From the NCBI GenBank assembly GCA_903851045.1, contig CAINNF010000019.1, positions 47,854 through 111,853 on the forward strand: a stretch of DNA of 64,000 nt. Reading direction: 5' to 3'. Below, in pieces: positions 9,485 to 18,816 of the stretch. Numbering within the stretch: the stretch's first letter is position 1; each line of letters opens with the position of its first letter. A program made the position numbers and the translations under genes. The notes under the pieces were generated by a model. It had not been told where the DNA came from. It ran no database searches and saw nothing but the letters and a program-made list of their open reading frames with translations. Origin of the DNA: Candidatus Adlerbacteria bacterium (GTDB taxonomy: Bacteria; Patescibacteriota; Minisyncoccia; Phycocordibacterales; SBAW01).

Positions 9485-9665
9485 GCTCGCAGTACCTTCG
9501 TGGGAGAGGGATAATGGAAGCCATGCGTATCGGCGGGTCCTCAGCGGGGACCATCGTGTACCCCGTATGTACCTTGCGAAATGGGACGAGAATCGCGTTC
9601 TTGAGTCTCCATGCGTTCGTCGAACAAGGGCACACGGTGTCCGTGCTCCAGTTCTGAAGCTTGTG

Positions 9666-9700
9666 CCCTGGGCCCCGTCGACGTCGACGGGGCCTGTTTT
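9666..9700. repeat. Perfect 24-bp palindrome GGCCCCGTCGACGTCGACGGGGCC plus T-tract (terminator-like); copy 1 of 2
   Basis: The 35-nt string ccctgggccccgtcgacgtcgacggggcctgtttt is identical to the copy at 10857-10891. Confidence 0.85.
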
Positions 9701-9804
9701 GTGCTTTACAAATTCGGTCTATAAAGTATGAAAAGGGGTAGACAAAAGTTATAATATATATTACGGTATCTCCTGGTTGCTCTAAGTACATAAGGAACGC
9801 ACAC

Positions 9805-10854
9805 GTGGATATAACTCATATCTGCCATCTTTTGCTCGCGGAGCGTGATGCCTTCCTTGAAGTCATCAGGTCCGCGATCGATAGCACGGTGACTCGACGA
9901 CGCGATATGCAGTCGCAACTTGCCGAGATGCTCACTACCGCTGGTACTAAGATATCCGAAGCCGAGTTTTCTACCATACTCAAGACCCTTCAGACAACAT
10001 CAGGTGACCTCAACGGACTCCTGTGTCAGGCTGGGTTTGGCTCAGAGACCATTTCGGATTGGCTCAACGGAAGGTCGCTACCGTCCGCATCGTTTCGTGC
10101 GCCGCTCTTGCACATGTTCGTCATGGCAGCACTAGACCATTACATGACAGTGAGTCCGTTGCTTGAGTTGCAGCAGATGGTGGGAGAGCGTGGCCGCGAT
10201 GCGTCAAGCCAGTTTGTGCGCCGTGGAGATTCGATTCTCGACCAAAGACTCGATACATTGGACTTCTTGCCGCGTCTAGGCAAATACGCATCCAATTATA
10301 TCGCACGTGAAGAATTTGTGATGCTGGGAGAATTGCTGGCAAAGAGCAAGCAAGAGGTGCTGCGAACCCCAGGTGCCGGAGACGCGACGCTTAACGGCCT
10401 TAACAAGGTACTTATGGAGCGCTTCGGCGTCGTCATCGGTTCTTTGTCTCGCAGTGAAAGCGAGCATTACCAACAGATAACCTATAATCGAAACTGTCTT
10501 CAGGGTGCAGCTGGAAAACCACTGCCGTCTCGCTGGGACAGTGCTGAATTGAAGCCTGAGTTCAAGGGTCTGAACTGGGATGCTCTTCGTCCAAAAGTGA
10601 CCCAAGGTGTCGAGATCTATGTTCAAGTTCATGCTGACCCTGACCTACTGGAAAAACTCGGACAGCTCGGCATCCTCTACAAGACGCAGCTTGCCACGGC
10701 CCCACTAAGTGTGATCGATCGACTCTGCCATGGTCACGAGGGCTGGCGAGAGCAACTCCTCGCGATGCTCAACGGTACGGGTCTTACGTTCGGAACTCAG
10801 GTACCACCATTCATGGATCCTAACGTGGAGGTCTACCAAGAGAGTGGAACCTAG
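9805..10854 (+). CDS. Hypothetical protein (349 aa) bracketed by identical palindromic repeats
   Basis: GTG start with AAGGAA RBS and its own AT-rich upstream region; no recognisable domains. Confidence 0.55.
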   Translation: MDITHICHLLLAERDAFLEVIRSAIDSTVTRRRDMQSQLAEMLTTAGTKISEAEFSTILKTLQTTSGDLNGLLCQAGFGSETISDWLNGRSLPSASFRAPLLHMFVMAALDHYMTVSPLLELQQMVGERGRDASSQFVRRGDSILDQRLDTLDFLPRLGKYASNYIAREEFVMLGELLAKSKQEVLRTPGAGDATLNGLNKVLMERFGVVIGSLSRSESEHYQQITYNRNCLQGAAGKPLPSRWDSAELKPEFKGLNWDALRPKVTQGVEIYVQVHADPDLLEKLGQLGILYKTQLATAPLSVIDRLCHGHEGWREQLLAMLNGTGLTFGTQVPPFMDPNVEVYQESGT

Positions 10855-10856
10855 CA

Positions 10857-10891
10857 CCCTGGGCCCCGTCGACGTCGACGGGGCCTGTTTT
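10857..10891. repeat. Second copy of the GGCCCCGTCGACGTCGACGGGGCC palindrome plus T-tract
   Basis: 35/35 identical to 9666-9700. Confidence 0.85.
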
Positions 10892-10959
10892 TGTATATTT
10901 TATAAGTAAAAAGCCCCTCATCAGCAGTGTGCTAATGAGGGGCCGAGTTGCTTTTTGAA

Positions 10960-12351
10960 CTACGCGTGACCCGCGGTGCTGCTACCGTTCATGCTCCTAC
11001 GCATGGCCGCAGCCGCATCTTCGAACCCAGCGGCGATCGCATGGACTCCGGGATGCTGCTCCGTGGTCGCAGGCTTGATAAGCGCACCTTCGGCCACGAC
11101 TTCGCGGCCGACGGTCTCCAGGTCGTGTGCGCTGATCCGGTCGGATGCTCCGCCGGCGCGGCGCAGCAGTTCGAGCCTTGCACGGCCGATAACCTCGCGC
11201 ACCTTCGCAGGGGTCTGTCCGGCGAGGACGTGCGACACCGAGGAAAGGTCCGCATCGTTCTCGAGCGCGCTACCCGCGAACTTACGGATGATCCGAGCCA
11301 CCGTTTCTGCATCGGGAGGTTGCACCTCGACGACCGCGTCGATCCGGCCAGGCCGCATCATGGCAACATGGATAGCATCCGCGTGGTTGGTGGTCAGAAT
11401 GGTCATGATCCGCGCGACCTTGCCGTCGATACCATCGAGCTGATTGAGCAGATCGTTAACCTCGTCGGTACGTTCCGCGCCAGCCACCCGGTCGACATCT
11501 TCAGCGAAGACGACCACCGGCTGGTACTGCTGGGCATACCGCAACGCATCGGGCAGTTCTTCCGAATCCTTCACGTAGATGAAGGTCCAGCCATTTGCCA
11601 CCGCGACACGAGCGATGTAGCTCGCGAGCAGCGTCTTGCCGACACCATACCCACCCGAGAACAGGATGCCGCGCTTGAGCGATTCTCCCATCGCCAAGAG
11701 TGCGGCAGTGTGCCGAAGGGGAACGAACACGTTCCGTTCGATCCGATGCTCGAGCGCGCTCGTAAAGATCGGTTCGTCGGGGACGAACTGGAAGAACTTC
11801 GGCATCGGCATCGGGATCCGATCACCGTCACTGTCGCGAAAGACGATACTGAAGGCCTTCCCGCGATGCAGGCTCTCCGTGACTGCGAGCGTACGTGCCG
11901 CGTCGAGGACGAGCCGAACCCGCGACTCGTAGCGCCGCTTGCATGAGACGTGGCACACAAAGACGATGCGACCATCCTCGAAGGTCGAGTCCATTTTGCC
12001 CAGATCGACTTCGACGTCGATCTGTTGAGCACCCCGCATGCCCTCCTGCTGAATGACGACGCCGAGGTGCTCCTGAATGGCCTTGATCAGGCCAAGCGCA
12101 CCATCCCATGGCGACGCCGGAATGACCGTGCGGATACGCATCTGCTGCTGTTCACGGCGATGCTGCCGATCCAGAGCACTGATCACGTCCGGAAGATTTG
12201 CACCCTCGGGGACGATGATCTTGTCACCCGAGCGGTCTACGCCCGGCTGGTACACCCTTCCGTTTGTTCCAAGTTCCAGCAGTGCGGCCACCAGTGCGGC
12301 GGGATTGCCCGCAAGCCTTTCCAGTGCGGCACGATCAGAGGTTTGATCCAT
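10960..12351 (-). CDS. Classical-clade AAA+ ATPase with uncharacterised ~230-aa N-terminal domain
   Basis: Walker A GGYGVGKTLL, Walker B VVVFAEDVD, second region of homology MMRPGRID. Start set at the MDQTSDR codon because an AGGAGA RBS lies 7 nt upstream; the ORF extends to 12399. Confidence 0.75.
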   Translation of the reverse strand: MDQTSDRAALERLAGNPAALVAALLELGTNGRVYQPGVDRSGDKIIVPEGANLPDVISALDRQHRREQQQMRIRTVIPASPWDGALGLIKAIQEHLGVVIQQEGMRGAQQIDVEVDLGKMDSTFEDGRIVFVCHVSCKRRYESRVRLVLDAARTLAVTESLHRGKAFSIVFRDSDGDRIPMPMPKFFQFVPDEPIFTSALEHRIERNVFVPLRHTAALLAMGESLKRGILFSGGYGVGKTLLASYIARVAVANGWTFIYVKDSEELPDALRYAQQYQPVVVFAEDVDRVAGAERTDEVNDLLNQLDGIDGKVARIMTILTTNHADAIHVAMMRPGRIDAVVEVQPPDAETVARIIRKFAGSALENDADLSSVSHVLAGQTPAKVREVIGRARLELLRRAGGASDRISAHDLETVGREVVAEGALIKPATTEQHPGVHAIAAGFEDAAAAMRRSMNGSSTAGHA

Positions 12352-12437
12352 GGTAGGTATCTCCTGTTCTGTAGATGTTAAAGACCAACGTTCTAGCACT
12401 CAATTGGGCGTTAATAAAATACACAACACCGAGTTTT

Positions 12438-12461
12438 TTGTCAAGTACACAAGCTTGACAA
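12438..12461. promoter_or_regulatory. Inverted repeat TTGTCAAG-n8-CTTGACAA in the divergent promoter region (candidate operator)
   Basis: 8-bp perfect inverted arms in the AT-rich 258-bp region between the AAA ATPase and the DEAD-box helicase gene; TTGACA-like hexamers and a TATAGT nearby. Confidence 0.35.
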
Positions 12462-12609
12462 GTAATGCCATATAGTATATCCTTTATACATAACACTCTC
12501 TTGGGTTTGGCGTATCTTTTTTAGATATTTCGCTTTTTAAAACTCGCGGGATCCGGGTCATTACTATTTAACACCGGGAGTTATACGCGAGATCCTCGCA
12601 CCCACACAC

Positions 12610-13992
12610 ATGTATCAGTCACACAGTGATTCGGCTCGCCCGAAATTCGCATCCCCGAGCTTTAAGCGCGGGTCTAGTAATAATCGCACCAGCGGTGGCG
12701 CCTCGACAGGCGGCTTTCGACCTGGGCGCTCGGCCTCTGGCTCCTCTGCACCAGGTCGCTCCGGCTCTGGCCGTCCAGGCGGTTTTGGTGGTCGCTCTGG
12801 CGGCTTCGGTCGCTCTTCAGGCGGTCGCCCGTCGTTCGGCGGCGGCTCCCGTGGCGGTCGCGGCGGCGGCAAGGGCAACATGGGTCAATATATCCACCCA
12901 TCCAAATTCGTTAACAAAGCGGTCGTCACGACCGAAGAAGTGGTGCACTATGTGCCCGAGCACAACTTCGCCGACTTCGCCGTCTCTGACGAAGTGAAGC
13001 AGGCGGTCATCGCCAAAGGCTATATCACTCCGACACCTATCCAGGACCGTGCCATACCGCACGTGCTTAAAGGTCAGGACGTGGTCGGCATCGCCAACAC
13101 CGGTACCGGCAAGACGGCTGCCTTCCTCGTGCCGCTGATTGACAAGGTCCGACGCGACACAACTGAGCAGGTCTTGATCATCGTCCCGACGCGCGAACTC
13201 GCGCTCCAGATCGACCAAGAGCTCAAGGGTCTTACCCGCGGCATGAAGATGTTCTCGGTCGTCTGTGTCGGCGGCGCGAACATCCAGCCGCAGATCAGCG
13301 CACTTCGCTACAAGAACAGCTTCGTGATAGGCACCCCAGGGCGCCTCAAGGACCTGATTGAGCGCGGCAAGATCACGCTGTCGAACTACCGCACAATCGT
13401 GCTGGACGAGGCTGACCGCATGCTCGACATGGGCTTTATCAACGACATGCGCTATGTGATGAAGGGGATGGCGAAGAATCGTCAGACGCTCTTCTTCTCC
13501 GCGACACTCTCGAGTGAGATCGAAGGACTCATCAACGAATTCCTGCATGACCCGGTACGTATCAAAGTATCGACCGGCGAGACCGCCGCGAGCGTCGACC
13601 AAGATGTCGTCGTCGTGGGCGGCAAGGATAAGCTCGATGTGCTCCACGACCTCCTGCTCCAGAAGAAGGATTTCCACAAGGTGATCGTCTTCGGCCGCAC
13701 CAAACATGGTGTCGAGAAGCTCGCGAAGTCGCTTGCGCAACGTGGCTTTACCGCGGAGTCGATCCACGGCAACAAGAGCCACTCGCAGCGTCAGCGCTCG
13801 CTCTCCAACTTTAAGGAGAATAAGGCGCAGGTACTCGTCGCGACCGACGTCGCGGCGCGCGGGCTCGATATCGCCAACGTCTCCCACGTCATCAACTATG
13901 ACCTGCCGATGACCTACGAGGACTATGTCCACCGCATCGGCCGCACCGGCCGTGGCGACAAGAAGGGCAAAGCGCTCACTTTCATCGACTAA
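12610..13992 (+). CDS. DEAD-box ATP-dependent RNA helicase with N-terminal RGG/RS-rich low-complexity region
   Basis: Q-motif, GTGKTAAF, DEAD, SAT, HRIGRTGR; the first ~90 aa are Gly/Arg/Ser repeats. Confidence 0.9.
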   Translation: MYQSHSDSARPKFASPSFKRGSSNNRTSGGASTGGFRPGRSASGSSAPGRSGSGRPGGFGGRSGGFGRSSGGRPSFGGGSRGGRGGGKGNMGQYIHPSKFVNKAVVTTEEVVHYVPEHNFADFAVSDEVKQAVIAKGYITPTPIQDRAIPHVLKGQDVVGIANTGTGKTAAFLVPLIDKVRRDTTEQVLIIVPTRELALQIDQELKGLTRGMKMFSVVCVGGANIQPQISALRYKNSFVIGTPGRLKDLIERGKITLSNYRTIVLDEADRMLDMGFINDMRYVMKGMAKNRQTLFFSATLSSEIEGLINEFLHDPVRIKVSTGETAASVDQDVVVVGGKDKLDVLHDLLLQKKDFHKVIVFGRTKHGVEKLAKSLAQRGFTAESIHGNKSHSQRQRSLSNFKENKAQVLVATDVAARGLDIANVSHVINYDLPMTYEDYVHRIGRTGRGDKKGKALTFID

Positions 13993-14013
13993 TAGTTCGG
14001 GTACAATACACTG

Positions 14014-14520
14014 ATGCCGCATCTATGCATCAAAGCAACGAACACCGGCGACGGTGTTTTTGCTTTGTCCGACATACCTCAGGGTACCGTCGTGCGCGTG
14101 ATGAGCGGCGAACGCATGACCGGTGAGGACATCGAGGCCGCTATCGACCGAGGCGAGGTGTGTGCGGACGACCCCTTTCAGATCGACGAGGAGCTGTTCA
14201 TCAAGCTCGACCGCATCCCATACCTCTTCAACCACAGCTGCGACCCCAACACCGGTGTCCGAGATGTCAACCAACTTGTCGCGCTGCGAGACATCGCGCA
14301 CGGGGAGGAGTTGACCTATGACTACTCGACGACCGTCTGTACGCACAGTGTCTGGCGGATGGCGTGCTTGTGCGGGTCGCCCCATTGCCGCCATGTTATA
14401 CAAAATGCCCGATCGATACCGCAACAGCAGCGAGCGCGCTACCGTGCACTACGAGTGATACCTGCGTTCATCGAACGAGAACTCATAAGACGAACGCGCC
14501 GGGGAGCGAACGCTTCTTAA
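14014..14520 (+). CDS. SET-domain protein (putative lysine methyltransferase)
   Basis: NHSCDPN, ELTYDY and post-SET CLCGSPHCRH Cys cluster. Confidence 0.7.
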   Translation: MPHLCIKATNTGDGVFALSDIPQGTVVRVMSGERMTGEDIEAAIDRGEVCADDPFQIDEELFIKLDRIPYLFNHSCDPNTGVRDVNQLVALRDIAHGEELTYDYSTTVCTHSVWRMACLCGSPHCRHVIQNARSIPQQQRARYRALRVIPAFIERELIRRTRRGANAS

Positions 14521-14638
14521 ATGTATAGACACCACGTTTTGTTTTGTGTCATTTTTTAAACCTATGGATAGCCGAGATACGCTTTCATATAAAGATATTT
14601 TTAGGCTTTCGCCGCTAATCGTGTATCCGAGAACGAGC

Positions 14639-14658
14639 TGTGCACATTTATGTGCACA
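14639..14658. promoter_or_regulatory. Tandem self-palindromic boxes TGTGCACA-ttta-TGTGCACA upstream of the large surface-protein gene
   Basis: Two identical 8-bp palindromes 4 nt apart in the AT-rich 180-bp upstream region, about 45 nt before the 14701 start. Confidence 0.35.
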
Positions 14659-14700
14659 TATATTTTACGTACACTCTAACTAAGGCATATAGTTTAGTGT

Positions 14701-17700
14701 ATGGGATCGAGGGCGCTCACCAATCTTTTGAGAGGTTGCTTAGCTTTGTGCGTACTTACGTACACGTCCTTTTTTTGCTTGCCGGTCGCTCAGACATACG
14801 CTGCTGACTGGACATGGACCGAGCATAATTCTCCTGGGCCGAAGAGTTGGCAGTCCATCGCTTCTTCGGCGGATGGCTTGAAGCTTGCTGCCGTTGCGAA
14901 TAGCGATACGGTCAGTTTTCACAATTATATTTACACCTCGACTGACGGGGGTGTCACGTGGACGCAGCGTACTGCTGCGGGTGCGCAGGCGTGGATCTCC
15001 ATAACCTCATCCTCCGACGGTACGAAGCTTGCGGCGGCGGTCAGCACTGGTGATATTTATACGTCGACCGACAGTGGCGCGACATGGGTCGATCAGACAG
15101 CTGCGGGTTCGAATGCGTGGGAAACGATTACGTCCTCTGCGGATGGTACGAAGCTTGCGGCGGCGGTCAGTTATGGTGATATCTATACCTCCTCCGACAG
15201 TGGTGCGACATGGACCGATCAAACAACCTCAGGTGCGCGCGGTTGGCACTCGATCACGTCGTCAGCCGACGGCATCAACCTCGCCGCAGTCGAGTATGGT
15301 GGCGATGTTTACACCTCCTCCGATAGTGGTGCGACATGGACCGATCAAACAGCTGCAGGTTCGGGCACATGGACCTCCATCACATCATCGTCCGATGGCA
15401 TGAACCTTGTGGCGGTTTCCTACTATCCGCAGATGTTCCATCCCACTAACGATATTCATATCTCTACCGATGGCGGGGCAACGTGGACGACACAGACCGT
15501 CTCCGGTTCTCACGACTGGGAGTCTGTCGCCTCCTCGGTCGATGGCACCAAGCTCGCGGCAGTCGCGAACGGAGGCAATCTGTACACCTCTACCGACAGT
15601 GGTGCGACATGGACCGATCACATGAGCGGTGCATCGAAACCGTGGACGGCGATCACTTCGTCCGCAGACGGTTCTCGGCTAGCTGCGGTCGCTACGAATG
15701 ATACCGTCTACACATCTTCTGATAGCGGTACATCATGGGTCGCTCGAACCATTGCAGGTCCAAACAACTGGAACACGATTGCGGTCTCAGCCGATGGTGC
15801 AAAAATAGCGGGAGGAACTTTTTTTGATGACCTATACACCTCTGCTGATGGCGGTGTCACCTGGGTTAACCGAACAACTGCCGGGTCACAGCAGTGGCAG
15901 TCCATCACGTCTTCGTCCGACGGTGCGAAACTCGCAGCGGTGGTGCATGGTGGTTCTATATATACTTCGACCGATGGCGGTGCAACATGGGCCACTCATT
16001 CGGCAGGCTCCAACGCATGGCAGACTATCACTTCCTCTGCCGATGGTACCAAGCTCGCGGCGGCCGAGTATACCGGTGATATCTTTACCTCCACCGACAG
16101 TGGTGCGACATGGACTGACCAGACTGCCGCAGGCACCCGCGACTGGTACGCTATCACATCCTCGGCAGACGGTGTTGACCTCGCCGCAGTAGAGTATGGC
16201 GGCGATATCTACACCTCCACTGACAGTGGTGCAACGTGGACCGACCAGACCACTGCGGGTTCGCGCAGTTGGTACGCTATCACATCCTCGGCAGACGGTG
16301 TTGACCTCGCAGCGGTAGAAAGTGGTGGCGATATCTACACCTCGGTTGACCGTGGTGTGACGTGGACCGACCAGACTGCTGCTGGATCACGCTGGTGGGC
16401 CTCGATTACGTCTTCGAACGATGGAACCAAGCTCGCCGCAGTAGAAAGTGGTGGCGATATCTACACCTCGGTTGACCGTGGTGTGACGTGGACCGACCAA
16501 GTATCGCTCGGTTCTAACGCGTGGAAGTACATAGCGTCTTCGGCCGATGGGTTGAAGCTCGTAGCAGCCGTGAACGGTGGTGATGTATATACAGGGTCTT
16601 TCTCTGGATCTGGTGGCTCCGGTAGTGGAGGCACCCCTACGACAACACCCTCAGGCACGACAACCACACCCTTCGTTGTCACTCTTACCAACCCGCTCGC
16701 CAATGCGGTCGTCTCCGGCACCACCACTGTCGCCGCAACGGTCTCCGACGGTGTCGCGGTCACGGACGTGCAGTTCTTCGTCGATACCACGAGTATCGAC
16801 ACCGCCACGACCTCCTACGCGACGATATGGGATACCACCAGCGTCGCCAATGGCACCCACTCCATCGTTGCGGTCGGCAAGGATACCCTTGGTCGCTTCG
16901 CTACCTCGACCATCACCATCACCGTCGACAACGGCGGTGTCAGTACCACCACCACACCACTCACCATCGCTGTCACTGACCCCTTGGATGGTGCGACGGT
17001 CTCCAGCACCACTGTCCCGCTCGCCGCCGTCGTCTCCGACAGTATCGCGGTCACGGGTGTACAATTCTTTATTGACACCACACCGATCGGTACATTACTC
17101 ACCACCAGCTACACGACGACCTGGGACAGCACGAGCGTCACCAACGGCACCCACACCCTCACGGCGGTCGCTACTGATGCGGCAGATAATCATGCTACTT
17201 CGACCATCACCGTCGATGTGGAGAACACTAGTAGTGGCGGCGGCACCATCGCACCGTTAACTGTCACCATCACCACACCCGTCGATGGCGCTGTTGTTTC
17301 GGGGAGCACACTTGGCATCATTGCAACCACCTCCGACAGTGTGGCGGTCACGAGTGTGCAGTTCAAGATCGACAGTGTCAATGTTGGTACACCGCTCACG
17401 ACCACCTACGCTACGACGTGGGACACCACGAGTGTCGCCAACGGCTCACACACTATCGCTGCCATCGCCCTCGATTCGTTGGGGCGCTACGCCACATCGA
17501 CGGCGACGGTCGATGTGGAGAACGGTACGATCACCAGCTCACTAAGCATTTCCTTCGTGAACCCCAACAACAACGCCACTGTCTCTGGTGCGGCAGTGCC
17601 ACTCGTCGCCGCGGTCACACACACGGCGACCATCGTTGCGGTGCAGTTCCTCTTGGATGACCCAGAACCCCTGGGTATCGGCGTGCCCGTAGTCGACAAC

Positions 17701-18216
17701 TACACCGTCAACCTCGATACGACCGGTATCCCCAACGGTCAGCACGAACTGCTCGCTGTGACACAAGATGTGCTCGGTGAGTGGGCAACCTCAACCATCA
17801 TGGTTGATGTCGAGAACGGACGTGTCTGTATCGGCACCTGTCCGGTCACACCGACTGTCCCGAGCGGTGGTGGGGGTGTCATCAGTGGGCCTTTGTCGGT
17901 AGGGTATACAAACTCAGGAAGTGCTTCCAGCACCGCGAGTTCGTCCACGCCACCTTTGTTGGGAGTTGGCAGCACGACGCCAAGCGAGGTGGTAAGTCCC
18001 GTTGCATCTAGCACCTCCGCCACATCTTCTCTGGCGACGACCACTCCCGCGCCCACGGCCAAAACAGGTACTGTCACGACACCGGGTGCGCCGAACACTG
18101 GTGCGGGAGGAGAAAGGACGGCCAACATGCTTTTTCTCGTTATTTCGATAGTACTCGGGAGCGGTGGCGGAATATACGTAGTGCGCTCCCGCTCTGTGCA
18201 GACAGATCTCGTGTAA
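14701..18216 (+). CDS. Large cell-surface protein: signal peptide, ~20 BNR/Asp-box repeats (beta-propellers), ~7 Ig-like domains, S/T-rich stalk, C-terminal TM anchor
   Basis: Repeated YTSxDxGxTW(T)DQT...W.SITSSADG..LAAV units of ~42 aa; ~97-aa repeats VTxVQFxxDT...; C-terminal APNTGAGG followed by a hydrophobic segment and RSRS tail. Confidence 0.85.
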   Translation: MGSRALTNLLRGCLALCVLTYTSFFCLPVAQTYAADWTWTEHNSPGPKSWQSIASSADGLKLAAVANSDTVSFHNYIYTSTDGGVTWTQRTAAGAQAWISITSSSDGTKLAAAVSTGDIYTSTDSGATWVDQTAAGSNAWETITSSADGTKLAAAVSYGDIYTSSDSGATWTDQTTSGARGWHSITSSADGINLAAVEYGGDVYTSSDSGATWTDQTAAGSGTWTSITSSSDGMNLVAVSYYPQMFHPTNDIHISTDGGATWTTQTVSGSHDWESVASSVDGTKLAAVANGGNLYTSTDSGATWTDHMSGASKPWTAITSSADGSRLAAVATNDTVYTSSDSGTSWVARTIAGPNNWNTIAVSADGAKIAGGTFFDDLYTSADGGVTWVNRTTAGSQQWQSITSSSDGAKLAAVVHGGSIYTSTDGGATWATHSAGSNAWQTITSSADGTKLAAAEYTGDIFTSTDSGATWTDQTAAGTRDWYAITSSADGVDLAAVEYGGDIYTSTDSGATWTDQTTAGSRSWYAITSSADGVDLAAVESGGDIYTSVDRGVTWTDQTAAGSRWWASITSSNDGTKLAAVESGGDIYTSVDRGVTWTDQVSLGSNAWKYIASSADGLKLVAAVNGGDVYTGSFSGSGGSGSGGTPTTTPSGTTTTPFVVTLTNPLANAVVSGTTTVAATVSDGVAVTDVQFFVDTTSIDTATTSYATIWDTTSVANGTHSIVAVGKDTLGRFATSTITITVDNGGVSTTTTPLTIAVTDPLDGATVSSTTVPLAAVVSDSIAVTGVQFFIDTTPIGTLLTTSYTTTWDSTSVTNGTHTLTAVATDAADNHATSTITVDVENTSSGGGTIAPLTVTITTPVDGAVVSGSTLGIIATTSDSVAVTSVQFKIDSVNVGTPLTTTYATTWDTTSVANGSHTIAAIALDSLGRYATSTATVDVENGTITSSLSISFVNPNNNATVSGAAVPLVAAVTHTATIVAVQFLLDDPEPLGIGVPVVDNYTVNLDTTGIPNGQHELLAVTQDVLGEWATSTIMVDVENGRVCIGTCPVTPTVPSGGGGVISGPLSVGYTNSGSASSTASSSTPPLLGVGSTTPSEVVSPVASSTSATSSLATTTPAPTAKTGTVTTPGAPNTGAGGERTANMLFLVISIVLGSGGGIYVVRSRSVQTDLV
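16144..16499 (+). repeat. Near-identical 126-nt intragenic tandem repeats within the surface-protein gene
   Basis: 41-nt and 59-nt blocks identical at a 126-nt (42-codon) period, e.g. 16144/16270 and 16315/16441. Confidence 0.8.
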
Positions 18217-18258
18217 TACGCCTGTGCGTTTTAAGTGAATCTACACACCTACGAACGC

Positions 18259-18297
18259 GCCGGGGAGCCCACTCTTCTTGAAGGAGGGCTCCCCGGC
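18259..18297. repeat. GC-rich hairpin GCCGGGGAGCCC...GGGCTCCCCGGC downstream of the surface-protein gene
   Basis: 12-bp perfect stem with no U-tract; the preceding 18 nt acgaacgcgccggggagc also occur at 14488-14505. Confidence 0.5.
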
Positions 18298-18388
18298 TTG
18301 GTGCAGCAACGGTGTGCGCATATGTGTGTATTGATTAGTTCTTCACCCTTTACAACACGTGCCTGGCCGGACAGGTTACAATGGTGAG

Positions 18389-18796
18389 ATGGAAATTATA
18401 CGAACGGTGCTCATGCTCGGGTGCGTTACGTTCATATTGCATCTTGTGTGGGAGTCCGTGCATCTTTCGCTCTACAAAGGGTACGAAAAACTCGGTACCG
18501 GATGGCGGCTTTCGCTCATGGCGACGCTTGGCGATGTCATGTACGTGCTGCTTGCGGTACTGTTCATGTCACTCGTGAAGGAGAATGTCACATGGCTTAG
18601 CCACCCGACCTTTGTGAACTACGGGAACCTTGCGCTCCTTGGGTTCGCCATAGCGCTGTTCGTCGAATATAAGGCGCTGGCGCTCCGGCGGTGGGGGTAT
18701 GGCGACCGTATGCTACTCGTGTTCGGTGTCGGCCTGTCGCCACTGCTCCAGATGACGATACTCTTGCCCCTGGCCGTCTATATCGCGCACTTATAA
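18389..18796 (+). CDS. Integral membrane protein (4 predicted TM helices), hypothetical
   Basis: Hydrophobic segments; start placed at MEIIRTVLML. Confidence 0.45.
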   Translation: MEIIRTVLMLGCVTFILHLVWESVHLSLYKGYEKLGTGWRLSLMATLGDVMYVLLAVLFMSLVKENVTWLSHPTFVNYGNLALLGFAIALFVEYKALALRRWGYGDRMLLVFGVGLSPLLQMTILLPLAVYIAHL

Positions 18797-18816
18797 AAAT
18801 TTGATATACTCCACGC

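Noticed and set aside
10948-11946. 332-aa plus-strand ORF and other long antisense ORFs (e.g. 127-465, 1352-1855, 5573-6175, 12817-14022, 20993-22120, 44446-45096, 45526-46251)
   Set aside because: These lie antisense or out of frame inside well-supported genes of a high-GC genome, where long shadow ORFs are expected. Their translations are low-complexity R/A/S/P-rich.
14701-18216. Regular repeats that could be mistaken for a CRISPR array
   Set aside because: The repeats are 126-nt in-frame coding units (BNR/Asp-box modules) with no short repeat-spacer alternation. No cas genes are present.
18100-18216. Canonical LPXTG sortase signal
   Set aside because: The motif is APNTG rather than LPxTG. 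The architecture (motif, hydrophobic helix, basic tail) fits, but the call is kept tentative as a finding, not a feature.
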